A stretch of DNA of 64,000 bases, from contig VMEV01000006.1 in assembly GCA_007375725.1 (NCBI GenBank), positions 6,929-70,928 of the forward strand, given 5' to 3'. Both the position numbers and the translations under genes were made by a program. The notes under the pieces are model-generated. The model was not told where the DNA came from. It did not search any database and worked only from the letters and a program-made list of their open reading frames with translations. This stretch comes from Parcubacteria group bacterium Greene0416_36 (GTDB lineage: Bacteria; Patescibacteriota; Patescibacteriia; VMEV01). Each line of letters starts with the position of its first letter. Position 1 is the stretch's first letter. Positions 1-10,008 of the stretch are shown piece by piece.

Positions 1-2
1 AA

Positions 3-944
3 AACGTCATCGAGACTGTTAAGGCGGCTTATGCGGCTGGCAAGAATGATGAAAATATGGATCCGATCGTGATGACTGACGGAAAGGGTAATGCAGTGGG
101 GAATATCAAGGACGGGGACGTGGTGATTTTCTTCAATTTCCGTCCAGACCGCGCCCGCCAGATTGCTCGAGCCTTTGTGGCTCCTGTTTTCGATGGATTT
201 CCACGATCTAAAAAATTGGATATCCATTTTGTCGGTATGATGCAGTATGAGGCCGCCCTTCACTTACCCGTTGTTTTCCCTCCTCAAGATATCTCTCTGC
301 CTGTCGGAAAGGTGATTTCGGAGGCGGGAAAGAAGCAGCTGCGCATCGCTGAAACCGAGAAATACGCCCATGTGACTTATTTTTATAACGGTGGGGTGGA
401 AAATCCTTTCGAGGGTGAAGAGCACATAATGGTTCCGTCTCCTAATGTCGAAAGTTATGATCAAGTTCCCAAGATGAGTTCGGGGGAGGTTACGGATAAG
501 CTGATTGACGCGATTCGCACTGGGGATCATGATTTCATTTTGCTCAATTACGCCAATCCCGATATGATTGGACATACTGGCAATTGGGACGCGTGTATCG
601 AGACGATTGAGGCCACGGATGGCCACCTCAAGCGGCTCTATGACGAGTTTGTGGTGGCGAAAAATGGGATCATGCTGATCCTGGCTGATCATGGGAATAT
701 CGAGGTGATGATCGATCCCATTACCGGAAGAATCCACAAAGAACATACCAGCAATCCAGTGGGCGTTTTTTTAGTCGACCGGACGCGAAAATATGATAAG
801 CCTGAAGATCTAATCGAGATTCAAAAGCTGGACATGACCGCCATTGGTATTTTGGCGGATATTGGCCCGACCATTCTGGATATGCTGGATATTCCCAAGC
901 CGCCTGAAATGACGGGCCGCAGTATCAAAAATGATTGTGTTTAA
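3..944 (+). CDS. gpmI: 2,3-bisphosphoglycerate-independent phosphoglycerate mutase (5' partial)
   Basis: Motifs FNFRPDRARQ, AETEKYAHVTYF, NPDMIGHTG, ADHGN, HTSNPV; frame stays open to the window start. Confidence 0.97.
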   Translation, partial: NVIETVKAAYAAGKNDENMDPIVMTDGKGNAVGNIKDGDVVIFFNFRPDRARQIARAFVAPVFDGFPRSKKLDIHFVGMMQYEAALHLPVVFPPQDISLPVGKVISEAGKKQLRIAETEKYAHVTYFYNGGVENPFEGEEHIMVPSPNVESYDQVPKMSSGEVTDKLIDAIRTGDHDFILLNYANPDMIGHTGNWDACIETIEATDGHLKRLYDEFVVAKNGIMLILADHGNIEVMIDPITGRIHKEHTSNPVGVFLVDRTRKYDKPEDLIEIQKLDMTAIGILADIGPTILDMLDIPKPPEMTGRSIKNDCV

Positions 945-948
945 ATAT

Positions 949-2250
949 ATGTCGGTCTCTTTTTTAGGGAGGGTGCGGGGAAGAATTGCATCTTGGATGC
1001 ATTTTTTGGAGGCTTTGGCAGCTCGAATCATTTTTTATTATCCCGGAGAGGTCAAAATCATTGGAGTCACCGGAACAGACGGAAAAACGACGACCACTTT
1101 TTTGATCGATGCGGTACTGCGCGGCGCAGGATATAAAACAGCTTTGTGCAATGGTCTGGTGTTTCGAATCGGGAGAGAAGAGTATCCCAATCCAACCGAT
1201 AATACGACGCCGAGAGCTTGGATTATTCATCAATTCATAAAAAAAGCCAAGCGGTCCGGATGCCAGTATATTATTATTGAATCGACTTCGTGGGCTATCC
1301 GCCAATGGCGCCTATGGGGAATTCCCTTTAGCACGGCGGTTTTTACGAATTTGACCCTAGAGCATCAGGATGTTCATGGATCCATGGATAAGTATAAGGA
1401 ATCCAAAGGCCTTTTATTCGCTACGGTGTCCCAGGCTAAAAATTCAACGAGTATTGTCAATAAAGATGATCCCGCTTCTGATTATTTTTTGTCTTTCCCT
1501 GTAGAAAAAAAGCTTTCCTACTCGATTAAGGATTCCTCGGCGGATCTTTGGGCTCATGATATCGTGCTGGAGCCCCATCGTTCTTTATTTAAAGTGTGTT
1601 ATTTGGGACAGGACTACCCTATTGAAATTAACTTGCCCGGAGACTATAATGTGGCTAATTCACTTGCCGCTATTTCGCTTGTTTTAGCGGAAAAAATAGA
1701 TTTTTCAATTCTCCAATCTTCTATTTTGGTGTTCACGGGTGCTCCTGGGCGTTTCGAATATGTCCAGACCGGAAAAGATTATCACGTGGTGGTTGATTTC
1801 GCGCATACACCGGGTGCCTTTCGGAATCTTTTTTCCAATGTCCGGCGCATCTATCCCAAGGCCCGCATCATCGCGGTGTTTGGCGCAGCGGGAGGGAGAG
1901 ATCCGATCAAACGCCCTTTTTTGGGAGAGGAAGCGGCAATGGGGGCGGATTTTTCAATATTGACTTCAGATGATCCACGCTTTGAAGATCCCGAGACTAT
2001 CGCACGTTCGATCATGGGAGGTTTTAGAAAAGCCGGAAAGCATGAAAATCAAGATTTTATATTTATCAAGGACCGTAAAGAGGCCATTCGGAAAGCACTC
2101 TCTATGGCCAGTGCTGGCGATGTGGTTTTGCTTCTGAGCATGGGCGCTTATGAGGCCATGTATGTGGGAGCGGGGAAAGTCCCCTGGAATGATAAAAAGG
2201 CGGTGGAAGAGATTGTGGGGCAGCAAATCCCTCCCCAACCCTCCCTTTGA
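949..2250 (+). CDS. murE: UDP-N-acetylmuramoyl-tripeptide synthetase (Mur ligase)
   Basis: GVTGTDGKTTT P-loop, FTNLTLEHQD, PGRFE, VDFAHTP, FGAAGGRD..KR, SDDPR; start placed at T-ATG 949. Confidence 0.88.
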   Translation: MSVSFLGRVRGRIASWMHFLEALAARIIFYYPGEVKIIGVTGTDGKTTTTFLIDAVLRGAGYKTALCNGLVFRIGREEYPNPTDNTTPRAWIIHQFIKKAKRSGCQYIIIESTSWAIRQWRLWGIPFSTAVFTNLTLEHQDVHGSMDKYKESKGLLFATVSQAKNSTSIVNKDDPASDYFLSFPVEKKLSYSIKDSSADLWAHDIVLEPHRSLFKVCYLGQDYPIEINLPGDYNVANSLAAISLVLAEKIDFSILQSSILVFTGAPGRFEYVQTGKDYHVVVDFAHTPGAFRNLFSNVRRIYPKARIIAVFGAAGGRDPIKRPFLGEEAAMGADFSILTSDDPRFEDPETIARSIMGGFRKAGKHENQDFIFIKDRKEAIRKALSMASAGDVVLLLSMGAYEAMYVGAGKVPWNDKKAVEEIVGQQIPPQPSL

Positions 2251-2309
2251 CAAGGGAGGGGGTAACTAGCCTCCCCCTTGTCAAAGGGGGACTGAGGGGG
2301 ATTTCTTGC
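2222..2309. repeat. Family A REP-doublet element (CCCTCCC-TTTGACAAGGGAGGG ... CCCCCTTGTCAAAGGGGG)
   Basis: Imperfect inverted repeat seen in 9 copies in the window; this copy supplies the murE C-terminus and TGA stop. Confidence 0.93.
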
Positions 2310-2324
2310 TTTAATTAAAAATGT

Positions 2325-4403
2325 ATTGTAATAACTAACCCAAAAAAATCGCGTTTTTTATTCTATGTCCTAATTCTCGCATTAGGCTTTTTGCCGTCAC
2401 GAGCATTTGCCATATATCCGAATGATCCGGGGATTGTGCATCAGTGGTATCTCCGTCAAATCGGGGCGCCTGGAGCGTGGGAATATGTCACGGGTAGCCG
2501 CAATGTGGTGGTGGCAGTGTTGGATTCAGGGGTGGATATCGATCATCCCGATCTGAAAGAAAATATTTGGAAAAATACCCGCGAGATTCCGGGCGATGGG
2601 TTTGATAATGATCTCAATGGATATGTGGATGATACCGTAGGATGGGATTTTATTTTGAATTCCTCCAACCCTAGACCCAAATATACGTCTGAAGATAAAG
2701 CGAATCTCATCGCGGTATCCCATGGGACCATAGTAGCCGGACTCATTGCCTCAAAAGGAGGCAATGGTATTGGGGTTTCAGGCGTGGTCTGGGATGCTCA
2801 AATCATGCCGCTGCGAATTTTGAATAATAAAGGGTTGGGCAGTGCCAGTTTGGTGGTCTCGGCGATCGACTATGCTGTCGCCAATCGCGCGGACATTATC
2901 AATTTGAGTTTGTTTGGCATTGGAAAAAGTTCCATTATTGATGAGGCTATTTTGCGGGCCTATCGGGCGGGCGTGATAGTAGTGGCGGCCAGCGGCAATG
3001 ACGGCAATGTCTTTTCTCATCAGACTCTTAATTTGGACAAGGATCCTGGTACTCCAGTGTGTTCGTCAGCTGATAATTTGGATCACCGGATTGTTATTGG
3101 AGTAGCGGCCACTGACCCTCTTGATCAAAAAGCTCCGTTCTCTAATTATGGAAAAAATTGTATCGATATCTCCGCGCCGGGATACAGTTTTTTCTCGACC
3201 GTGGTCAAAGATCTGGCAATTGGAACATCCAGTGAATATGGCGGGCTTTTTTCCGGATCGTCTCTTGCGGCTCCTTTGGTTTCGGGATCTGCGGCACTGC
3301 TCAAATCCATGGAATTCGCTCTGACCAACTATCAGGTGATCGATTTATTGATTTCCGAAGCGGATCCTATCGAAGTCAATTCAGATTGGAAAGGATTGGT
3401 AGGTCAGGGCCGTATTAATATCGAAAAATCGGTTAAAAAAGCTATTGCCCGCTATGGATCGATACCCTCGCCGATTGTGCCAAAAAACCGTCCTTATTTA
3501 CTTTTGTCTTCCGAGGATAGAGTCTCTTCTGGTTTCTGGGTTTATTCTTTGCAGAAAGAACGCGCGGTGGCGGAAAAAAGTGCCAGCGCGTACCCTTTCT
3601 TATTTTTAAATGGCATATCCTCCGTCATGGATCGGTCCGGAACGATATTCACCCTTCCTGGAAAAGGAGGAGGTCCTCAAATTCGGTATTTTGATTTACT
3701 TGGAAAGGTGAAGGGGCAGTTTTTTGTTGGTGATTCCGCGGCTCGTTTTGGGGGGAATTTGGCACTGGTCGAAAATCCCGAAGCGGAATTGTTTGCTGTC
3801 GGGTCCGGGATTGGCGAGAGCGGCAAGGTCTCGATCTACACAAAACAGGCGAAATTATTGCGTTCGTTCCAGGCATATCCTGGGGCGTATGTCGGCGGAG
3901 TTCGAGTTTCGGTAGGTGATGTCGGGGGCGGAAATGAACCAGAAATTGTGACATCGACTCAGAGCGGCGGCGGACCGCAGATTCGCATTTGGAGCCAAGA
4001 GGGAAAATTAGCGGGTCAGTTTTTTGCCTATGTTTCCGGACATCGCGCTGGCGTGAAAATCGCTTTGGGCGATATTTATAACCAGGATAAGAAAAAGGAG
4101 ATCCTAGCGGCTATTTGGGGCAGCCGCGAGTCCATCATCCGCATTTTTGACAGAAGCGGAAAATTGCTCCGAGAATTTGCTCCATTTGGGGTGCTGTACC
4201 GGGGTGATTTGGACGTGGCGTCCGTAGATGTCAATGGCGACGGAAATGATGAAATGATCGTGCTCAAAAACGAGCCCGGCAACGCGAGCATTGCTGTATT
4301 TAATGCCTTAGGTGGGTTATTATATGAATGGAATATCGGCCGAGATATTACGGATTATTTTGGCAGGCTGAAAATTTCGGCCCAGAGCGTGGTGGAACCC
4401 TAA
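2325..4403 (+). CDS. Secreted S8 subtilisin-like serine protease with C-terminal FG-GAP-like repeats
   Basis: VAVLDSG, HGT, GSSLAAP catalytic triad; GGGPQIR and GDV repeats; in-frame signal-peptide-like sequence upstream of TTG 2391, so the start is uncertain. Confidence 0.9.
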   Translation: MVITNPKKSRFLFYVLILALGFLPSRAFAIYPNDPGIVHQWYLRQIGAPGAWEYVTGSRNVVVAVLDSGVDIDHPDLKENIWKNTREIPGDGFDNDLNGYVDDTVGWDFILNSSNPRPKYTSEDKANLIAVSHGTIVAGLIASKGGNGIGVSGVVWDAQIMPLRILNNKGLGSASLVVSAIDYAVANRADIINLSLFGIGKSSIIDEAILRAYRAGVIVVAASGNDGNVFSHQTLNLDKDPGTPVCSSADNLDHRIVIGVAATDPLDQKAPFSNYGKNCIDISAPGYSFFSTVVKDLAIGTSSEYGGLFSGSSLAAPLVSGSAALLKSMEFALTNYQVIDLLISEADPIEVNSDWKGLVGQGRINIEKSVKKAIARYGSIPSPIVPKNRPYLLLSSEDRVSSGFWVYSLQKERAVAEKSASAYPFLFLNGISSVMDRSGTIFTLPGKGGGPQIRYFDLLGKVKGQFFVGDSAARFGGNLALVENPEAELFAVGSGIGESGKVSIYTKQAKLLRSFQAYPGAYVGGVRVSVGDVGGGNEPEIVTSTQSGGGPQIRIWSQEGKLAGQFFAYVSGHRAGVKIALGDIYNQDKKKEILAAIWGSRESIIRIFDRSGKLLREFAPFGVLYRGDLDVASVDVNGDGNDEMIVLKNEPGNASIAVFNALGGLLYEWNIGRDITDYFGRLKISAQSVVEP

Positions 4404-4428
4404 TATTTGAATAAATTTCAAAATCTAT

Positions 4429-5445
4429 ATGCCAAAGGCGATTTTTGATAAAAAAAATGTATTGGTTTTAGGGGGCGCCGGTTTTATTGGTTCCCATTTA
4501 TGCGAAGAATTGCTCCGAGAGAGCAAGGTTATTTGCGTGGATAATTTTATTTCCAGCACGCGCTCCAATATTGAGCATCTGCTCAAAAATCCTAATTTTA
4601 TTTTGCTCAAACACGATATTATCGAGCCTTTATTGCTTGAGAACCTTTCGGAACTTGATGCATTCAACTTAAAATTTCAAGGCATACAGGAAGTATATAA
4701 TTTGGCCATTCCCATGAATCCGAAAGATTTCGAGCAAGTTAAAATTCAGACATTACTGGCGAATTCTTATGGTACAAAAAATGCTTTAGACCTAGCTCTT
4801 AAATATAAGGCCAAACTATTTCATGCTTCCAGTGCGGTGGTTTATGGAGAACGAATCGACGAACACACCCTGTTCGCCGAGGATTATGTAGGAGCGCTCA
4901 ATCAATTCAGTCCCCGAAGTAATTATGATTTGGGCAAAAAATTTTCGGAGTCCATGGTCTATCATTACAACCAAGCCTATGGCGTGGATGGCCGCATCGG
5001 CAGAATTTTTAGGACCTATGGACCGAGGACTCCACTCGGAAAGGGCCACATGATACCGGATTTTATCGTCAGCGCGCTGCGGGGAGAGGATCTGGTGATT
5101 TACGGAAATGAAAATTTTACTACGACCCTTGTGTACGTGAGCGATGTTGTCGATGCCATTCTCCGGCAGATAAAGTTGGATCAGAATATCGGCGCGGTTA
5201 ATATTGGGACGGATGTATTGATACGGCTCGTGGATGTTTGCGGCCAGATCATCAGAAAAACGAATTCCAATTCTAAAATTCGTTTCGAACCCACCCTCTT
5301 ATTCATGTCCGAACTGGGGATTCCGGATATCACGCGCGCCCGAGAAAAATTGGGCTGGCTGCCGATCATGACCTTGGACAAGGGTCTGGACAAAGCTATT
5401 GAATATACCTTGGCCCATGAAGTTCTACTGGGTGTGAATCGCTAA
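4429..5445 (+). CDS. NAD-dependent epimerase/dehydratase, UDP-glucuronate decarboxylase-like SDR
   Basis: GGAGFIGSHL, YDLGK (YxxxK), RIFRTYGPR. Confidence 0.9.
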   Translation: MPKAIFDKKNVLVLGGAGFIGSHLCEELLRESKVICVDNFISSTRSNIEHLLKNPNFILLKHDIIEPLLLENLSELDAFNLKFQGIQEVYNLAIPMNPKDFEQVKIQTLLANSYGTKNALDLALKYKAKLFHASSAVVYGERIDEHTLFAEDYVGALNQFSPRSNYDLGKKFSESMVYHYNQAYGVDGRIGRIFRTYGPRTPLGKGHMIPDFIVSALRGEDLVIYGNENFTTTLVYVSDVVDAILRQIKLDQNIGAVNIGTDVLIRLVDVCGQIIRKTNSNSKIRFEPTLLFMSELGIPDITRAREKLGWLPIMTLDKGLDKAIEYTLAHEVLLGVNR

Positions 5446-5447
5446 AT

Positions 5448-6125
5448 ATGAAGATTTTCGTCGTCATTCCCGCTTACAATGAAGAGACGAGAATCCGAAC
5501 CGTGATTGCGTCTCTTTTGTCGTTTCCTTATGAAATTGTCGTGGTCAATGATGGATCGAAGGATCGTACTTTGGCAGAACTTCAAGGTTTGGGCGGGGTG
5601 CATGTACTCTCCCATAGTATCAATCGCGGACAGGGAGCGGCACTCTCAACCGGGACCGTTTATGCCCTCAGGAATGGAGCGGATATTATTGTCCATTTCG
5701 ATGCGGACGGCCAGCATCAGGGCCATGAAATAAGAGAAATGGTGGATCTGCTTTTCAGGGGAAATCAAGATATTGTTTTGGGGTCTCGTTTTCTGGGTAA
5801 AAAAGCAAATATGCCCTTGCACCGAAAAATCGTGCTCAAGGCCGGATTGATTTTTATTTATTTTGTTTCCGGACTCAAACTGACGGACTCTCAAAACGGG
5901 TTTCGTGTGATGACTCGGGAAGCAGCCCATAAAATCACGATTACACAAGATAGAATGGGTCATGCCAATGAAATTATGGATGAGATTGGAAGTCATCATC
6001 TGAAATATGCCGAAGCGCCAATTGAGGTTATTTATGATGAATATTCTCTCCGAAAAGGCCAGAGTTCTTGGAATTTCATCCGCCTCGGCTTCGGTACTCT
6101 GTGGATGAAATGGACTAAGAAATAA
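5448..6125 (+). CDS. GT2 glycosyltransferase (DPM1-like)
   Basis: IPAYNEE, VNDGSKD, NRGQGAA, DADGQH, DSQNGFR. Confidence 0.93.
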   Translation: MKIFVVIPAYNEETRIRTVIASLLSFPYEIVVVNDGSKDRTLAELQGLGGVHVLSHSINRGQGAALSTGTVYALRNGADIIVHFDADGQHQGHEIREMVDLLFRGNQDIVLGSRFLGKKANMPLHRKIVLKAGLIFIYFVSGLKLTDSQNGFRVMTREAAHKITITQDRMGHANEIMDEIGSHHLKYAEAPIEVIYDEYSLRKGQSSWNFIRLGFGTLWMKWTKK

Positions 6126-6132
6126 ATAAAGA

Positions 6133-6217
6133 GGCTTTAGGCATTAGGCCATTAGCTTATTAAAAACAACCGTGGCTGTTTTCTAAGAAGCTAATTCCTA
6201 ATAGCCTAATGCCTAAT
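6133..6217. repeat. Family F heptamer-based inverted-repeat element (TTAGGCA ... TGCCTAA)
   Basis: Closely related element at 13110-13199, half copy at 20616-20655. Confidence 0.75.
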
Positions 6218-6222
6218 TACAT

Positions 6223-6579
6223 ATGTTAGGTTTTCAACTCCTTGCTTTTATCGTAATATTGGCCATCGTCTCGAAAATTTTTGCCAGCTATCGAAAGAGA
6301 GAAATATCTTTTAGATTATTGCTGATCTGGATTGTATTTTGGTTCCTTGCTCTTTTATTTATTTGGCGACCGAATATCTCTTCAGAGATGGCGGTCCTCT
6401 TGGGAATTGGAAGAGGAACAGATTTGGTGGTTTATTTTTCAATTATATTTTTATTTTATTCTTTGTATCGGATCATGCTCCGTATGGATCGGCTGGACCG
6501 GAATGTCACGGATTTGGTGCGCCATATCGCGGTCCATAACCCTGTGGCAAAGCCCAAAGATGAAGATTCTCATAATTGA
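6223..6579 (+). CDS. DUF2304-like small membrane protein
   Basis: Three TM segments, LGIGRGTDL motif, directly after the GT2 gene as is typical. Confidence 0.85.
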   Translation: MLGFQLLAFIVILAIVSKIFASYRKREISFRLLLIWIVFWFLALLFIWRPNISSEMAVLLGIGRGTDLVVYFSIIFLFYSLYRIMLRMDRLDRNVTDLVRHIAVHNPVAKPKDEDSHN

Positions 6580-6584
6580 TCGCT

Positions 6585-7643
6585 ATGATTCGCGTCTTTG
6601 TCAGCATCGTGACGTACAAATCCAGGCAGTACATTGAGGCCTGTTTGGAAAGTCTTTTCAAGCAGGATTTTGGGCGCGATCAATATCGGGTAGTGATTTC
6701 GGATAATGCCACGACGGACGGGACACTGGAATTTGTCCGAGCTCGGTATCCTCAAGTCGAAATCATTGAGAATAAGGCGAATTTGGGATTTGCGGGAGGG
6801 AATAATGTGGTCTTTAGAAAGGCTAAACAAGAAAAAATTCCTTATGTGGTACTCGTGAATTATGATATCGTAGCTGATCCAGGGTGGCTCCGCGAATTGA
6901 TTGCCAAGGCCGACAGCGAGCCGCGTGCGGGCTCGGTTCAGTCCTTGATTCTTCTCCATGACAAGCCACGTCTGATCAACTCGTCCGGTAACCGGATTCA
7001 TTATCTGGGATTTGGCTATACAGGAGGGTATTTGCAGGATAAAGATTCGTTTGGTTGCTCGGATTCCGACGAAATGGCCAATGCTTCGGGCTGTGCCGTT
7101 CTCTATCGCATGGAGGTACTCGACAAAACCGGATACTTTAATCCGGCATTCGTGGCTTACCATGAAGATTTGGATCTCGGCTGGAGACTGCGTTTGGCCG
7201 GCTATACCAATATTTTGGCTAAAAAATCTATTATTTATCACAAATACGAGTTCGGGCGTAGTATTTCTAAATATTATTTGATGGAAAGAAATCGCTGGAT
7301 GGTTCTTCTGACGCACTATGATTGGAGGACTTTATGGGTTATTTTGCCTATGTTTTTGGCGGTGGAAGCCGGAATGATTTTTTTTTCCATTCGCAATGGA
7401 TTCTGGAGGCAAAAAGCGAAGGCTGTTTTTTATTTTTGGAATCCGAAAAATATTTTTAGTGTTTTGGCGGACCGGGAAAGAGTTCAGTCAATCAGAAAAG
7501 TGAAGGATCGTGAAATTGTCTCTATTTTTGACAGCGAGATTTTATTTCAGGGAGACATCGCTCAAAATAGTTGGGTGACTCATCTTGGCAATCCGGTGCT
7601 CCGCTTTTATTGGACATGGGCCAAGAGACTCATTATTTGGTAA
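6585..7643 (+). CDS. GT2 glycosyltransferase (rhamnosyltransferase-like)
   Basis: DNATTDGT, NLGFAGGNN, YHEDLDLGWR, ERNR. Confidence 0.92.
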   Translation: MIRVFVSIVTYKSRQYIEACLESLFKQDFGRDQYRVVISDNATTDGTLEFVRARYPQVEIIENKANLGFAGGNNVVFRKAKQEKIPYVVLVNYDIVADPGWLRELIAKADSEPRAGSVQSLILLHDKPRLINSSGNRIHYLGFGYTGGYLQDKDSFGCSDSDEMANASGCAVLYRMEVLDKTGYFNPAFVAYHEDLDLGWRLRLAGYTNILAKKSIIYHKYEFGRSISKYYLMERNRWMVLLTHYDWRTLWVILPMFLAVEAGMIFFSIRNGFWRQKAKAVFYFWNPKNIFSVLADRERVQSIRKVKDREIVSIFDSEILFQGDIAQNSWVTHLGNPVLRFYWTWAKRLIIW

Positions 7644-7675
7644 GGCATCGTGTTTACAATGATCGTGCGAATCAT

Positions 7676-8797
7676 ATGAAAATCGCTCAAATCGTTTCCA
7701 CCTTTTGGCCTTATTTGGGCGGCATGGGCAATGTCACTCGTTTTTTTTCTCAGTATTTATCCGCGAGGGGCCATGAAGTGACGGTCATTACTCCGGAATA
7801 CAGAAAGAAAAATACCGCCGAAGGGGAAGAATCTTTTCCATTTGAAATCCAGAGAATCGCTCCGGTGTTACAATACGGCAATGCTGCGTACTTGTGGGGA
7901 CTTGGCCAATATCTCTGTCAATACGATATTTTGCATCTCCACTATCCTTTTTTCGGCGGAGTGGAACCTTTATTTTTCTACAAACTGCGGCCCAATCAGA
8001 AATTAGTGATCACTTATCACATGGAATTTATTCCCTCGTCGTTTTTTTTATCTTTGGCTTCGAGGCCGGAGAGGCTGCTCCGGGGATCGGTATTTGATCG
8101 TGCCTCTCGGGTGACGGTGTCCAGTCTGGATTATATTGAGCATTCGGGAGACCGGGCTCTCTATACCCAGACTCCGTCGAAATGGATCGAATTACCCTTT
8201 GGTTTTGATCCGCAATTTGATAAAGCGTTATGGACGGGGGGGCAAAAAAATCGTTCACAGAATCCTTTTGTTTTATTCGTGGGCGCCCTGGATCGGGCGC
8301 ATCAATTCAAAGGACTGGGCGTGCTACTGGATGCGATGTGTCTTCTGCCACGGGAGGTTCACTTACGGATCGTGGGAGAGGGGGACTGCCGTGTACTTTA
8401 TGAGAAAGAAGTCCTGACTTTGGGTCTAGCCGAGCGCGTGCGGTTTTGCGGGAGGGTCTCGGATACCATTTTGGGAGAATCTTATCGCGACTGCTTGTGT
8501 CTGGTTCTTCCTTCCACTGGGAAAGGAGAGGCTTTCGGCCTGGTTGCGGTCAATGCCATGGCCGCGGGAAAGCCAGTTATCGCCTCCAATTTGCCGGGAG
8601 TACGAACCGTGGTGGACCCTGGAGTGACCGGTTTTCTGGCCACTCCCGGAGACCCTAAAGATCTTGCCCTGCGATTATCTCATCTGACGGACGATCCTAT
8701 ACTAGCTATTTCAATGGGGGAACAAGGCTACCGGCGGGCTAAAGAAAAATATGACTGGGCTCATTTGGCTCTAAAATTAGAGGGAGTTTATTTATGA
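7676..8797 (+). CDS. GT4 glycosyltransferase
   Basis: MKIAQIV start, FVGALD..HQFKG, EAFGLVAVNAMAAGKPVI. Confidence 0.92.
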   Translation: MKIAQIVSTFWPYLGGMGNVTRFFSQYLSARGHEVTVITPEYRKKNTAEGEESFPFEIQRIAPVLQYGNAAYLWGLGQYLCQYDILHLHYPFFGGVEPLFFYKLRPNQKLVITYHMEFIPSSFFLSLASRPERLLRGSVFDRASRVTVSSLDYIEHSGDRALYTQTPSKWIELPFGFDPQFDKALWTGGQKNRSQNPFVLFVGALDRAHQFKGLGVLLDAMCLLPREVHLRIVGEGDCRVLYEKEVLTLGLAERVRFCGRVSDTILGESYRDCLCLVLPSTGKGEAFGLVAVNAMAAGKPVIASNLPGVRTVVDPGVTGFLATPGDPKDLALRLSHLTDDPILAISMGEQGYRRAKEKYDWAHLALKLEGVYL

Positions 8798-10002
8798 AAA
8801 TATTACTCATTTCCAATTTGTATGACCCCTATATCCGGGGAGGGGCCGAGACGATTGCCAAAATTGCCGCCGACGGCCTCTCGAAAAAAGGGCATGAGGT
8901 TATTGTCTTTTCGAGCCGGCCTTACGATGGTATTACCCGCATGGGACTTCGCCAGGAGAGTGATACGATGTGGCGCCTGTGTCCGGTTAATTTATTTTCT
9001 TATTATTATATTGGGAAGTATCCGTATTGGATTCGGCTTCCTTGGCACGTAATCGACCTCTTATCTTTGTATCCTTATTTTGCGCTCCGGAATTTGATTC
9101 GCCAAATTCGTCCGGATGTAATTTTGACTCATAATCTCAAGGGATTAGGTTATCAAACGACGAAAGCGATCCATCAATCCGGCATACCCTGGATCCACAC
9201 CCTTCATGATATTCAGCTGGTGGAGCCTTCAGGCGTAAGGATTTTTGGACAGACTCCGGCCGAGAATCTATTCATCAAAGCGTATGTATCGTATTGCCGC
9301 TATTTATTCGGCAAGGCGGATATGATTGTATCGCCCTCCCAATTCCTCATTGATTTCTATCGGGAGCGAAAATTTTTTGCGGTCAGCGATGTGCGCCTTC
9401 TGCGCAATCCCGTGCCGGTATTTCCAAAAGAATCCAAAAAAACGAAAAGCGGCAAATGGAATGAGATTCATTTTCTCTATGTGGGACAAATCGAGAAGCA
9501 CAAAGGGGTAGAATTTATGTTACATGCTTTTTTTACTTATCTTTCTTTAGTTCCGGAATTCTGGAAGCCGGTCTTGCATGTGGTGGGGGATGGAAGTTTG
9601 CTCGAAGCTATGAAATTACAGTACGAGGGAGAAGGGCGCATTATTTTTTATGGCCGAATTCCACACGATTCTCTCGGGGTTTTTTTCAGCCAGAGCGATT
9701 TTCTTTTATTTCCATCATTGTGCTTCGAAAATGCTCCGGCTGTCATTCTCGAAGCTTTGGGCTCCGGCATTCCGGTTATTGCTTCAAAAATCGGAGGGAG
9801 TACGGAATTACTCGTTCACGGTGAAAATGGATTTATCTTCACTTCTAGTAACTTGAAGGAATTTTTGGACATTCTACTTTCGATTCCCAATTATTTAGAC
9901 CGTCTGGATGATCTGAAATCTGCCGCCCGAGAATCCGTGAGGCCTTATACAAAGGCGAATTATACCAAAACACTAGAAGGATTTATTGATGAATTATTAT
10001 AA
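8794..10002 (+). CDS. GT4 glycosyltransferase
   Basis: GGAE, HTLHD, YVGQIEKHKG, ENAPAVILEALGSGIPVI; ATGA overlap with the upstream gene. Confidence 0.92.
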   Translation: MKILLISNLYDPYIRGGAETIAKIAADGLSKKGHEVIVFSSRPYDGITRMGLRQESDTMWRLCPVNLFSYYYIGKYPYWIRLPWHVIDLLSLYPYFALRNLIRQIRPDVILTHNLKGLGYQTTKAIHQSGIPWIHTLHDIQLVEPSGVRIFGQTPAENLFIKAYVSYCRYLFGKADMIVSPSQFLIDFYRERKFFAVSDVRLLRNPVPVFPKESKKTKSGKWNEIHFLYVGQIEKHKGVEFMLHAFFTYLSLVPEFWKPVLHVVGDGSLLEAMKLQYEGEGRIIFYGRIPHDSLGVFFSQSDFLLFPSLCFENAPAVILEALGSGIPVIASKIGGSTELLVHGENGFIFTSSNLKEFLDILLSIPNYLDRLDDLKSAARESVRPYTKANYTKTLEGFIDELL

Positions 10003-10008
10003 TGATTT

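Noticed and set aside
2247-2275. TTGACA in Family A elements as a portable promoter
   Set aside because: No -10-like hexamer 16-18 nt downstream in the copies checked, and the TTAACA subtype lacks the motif.
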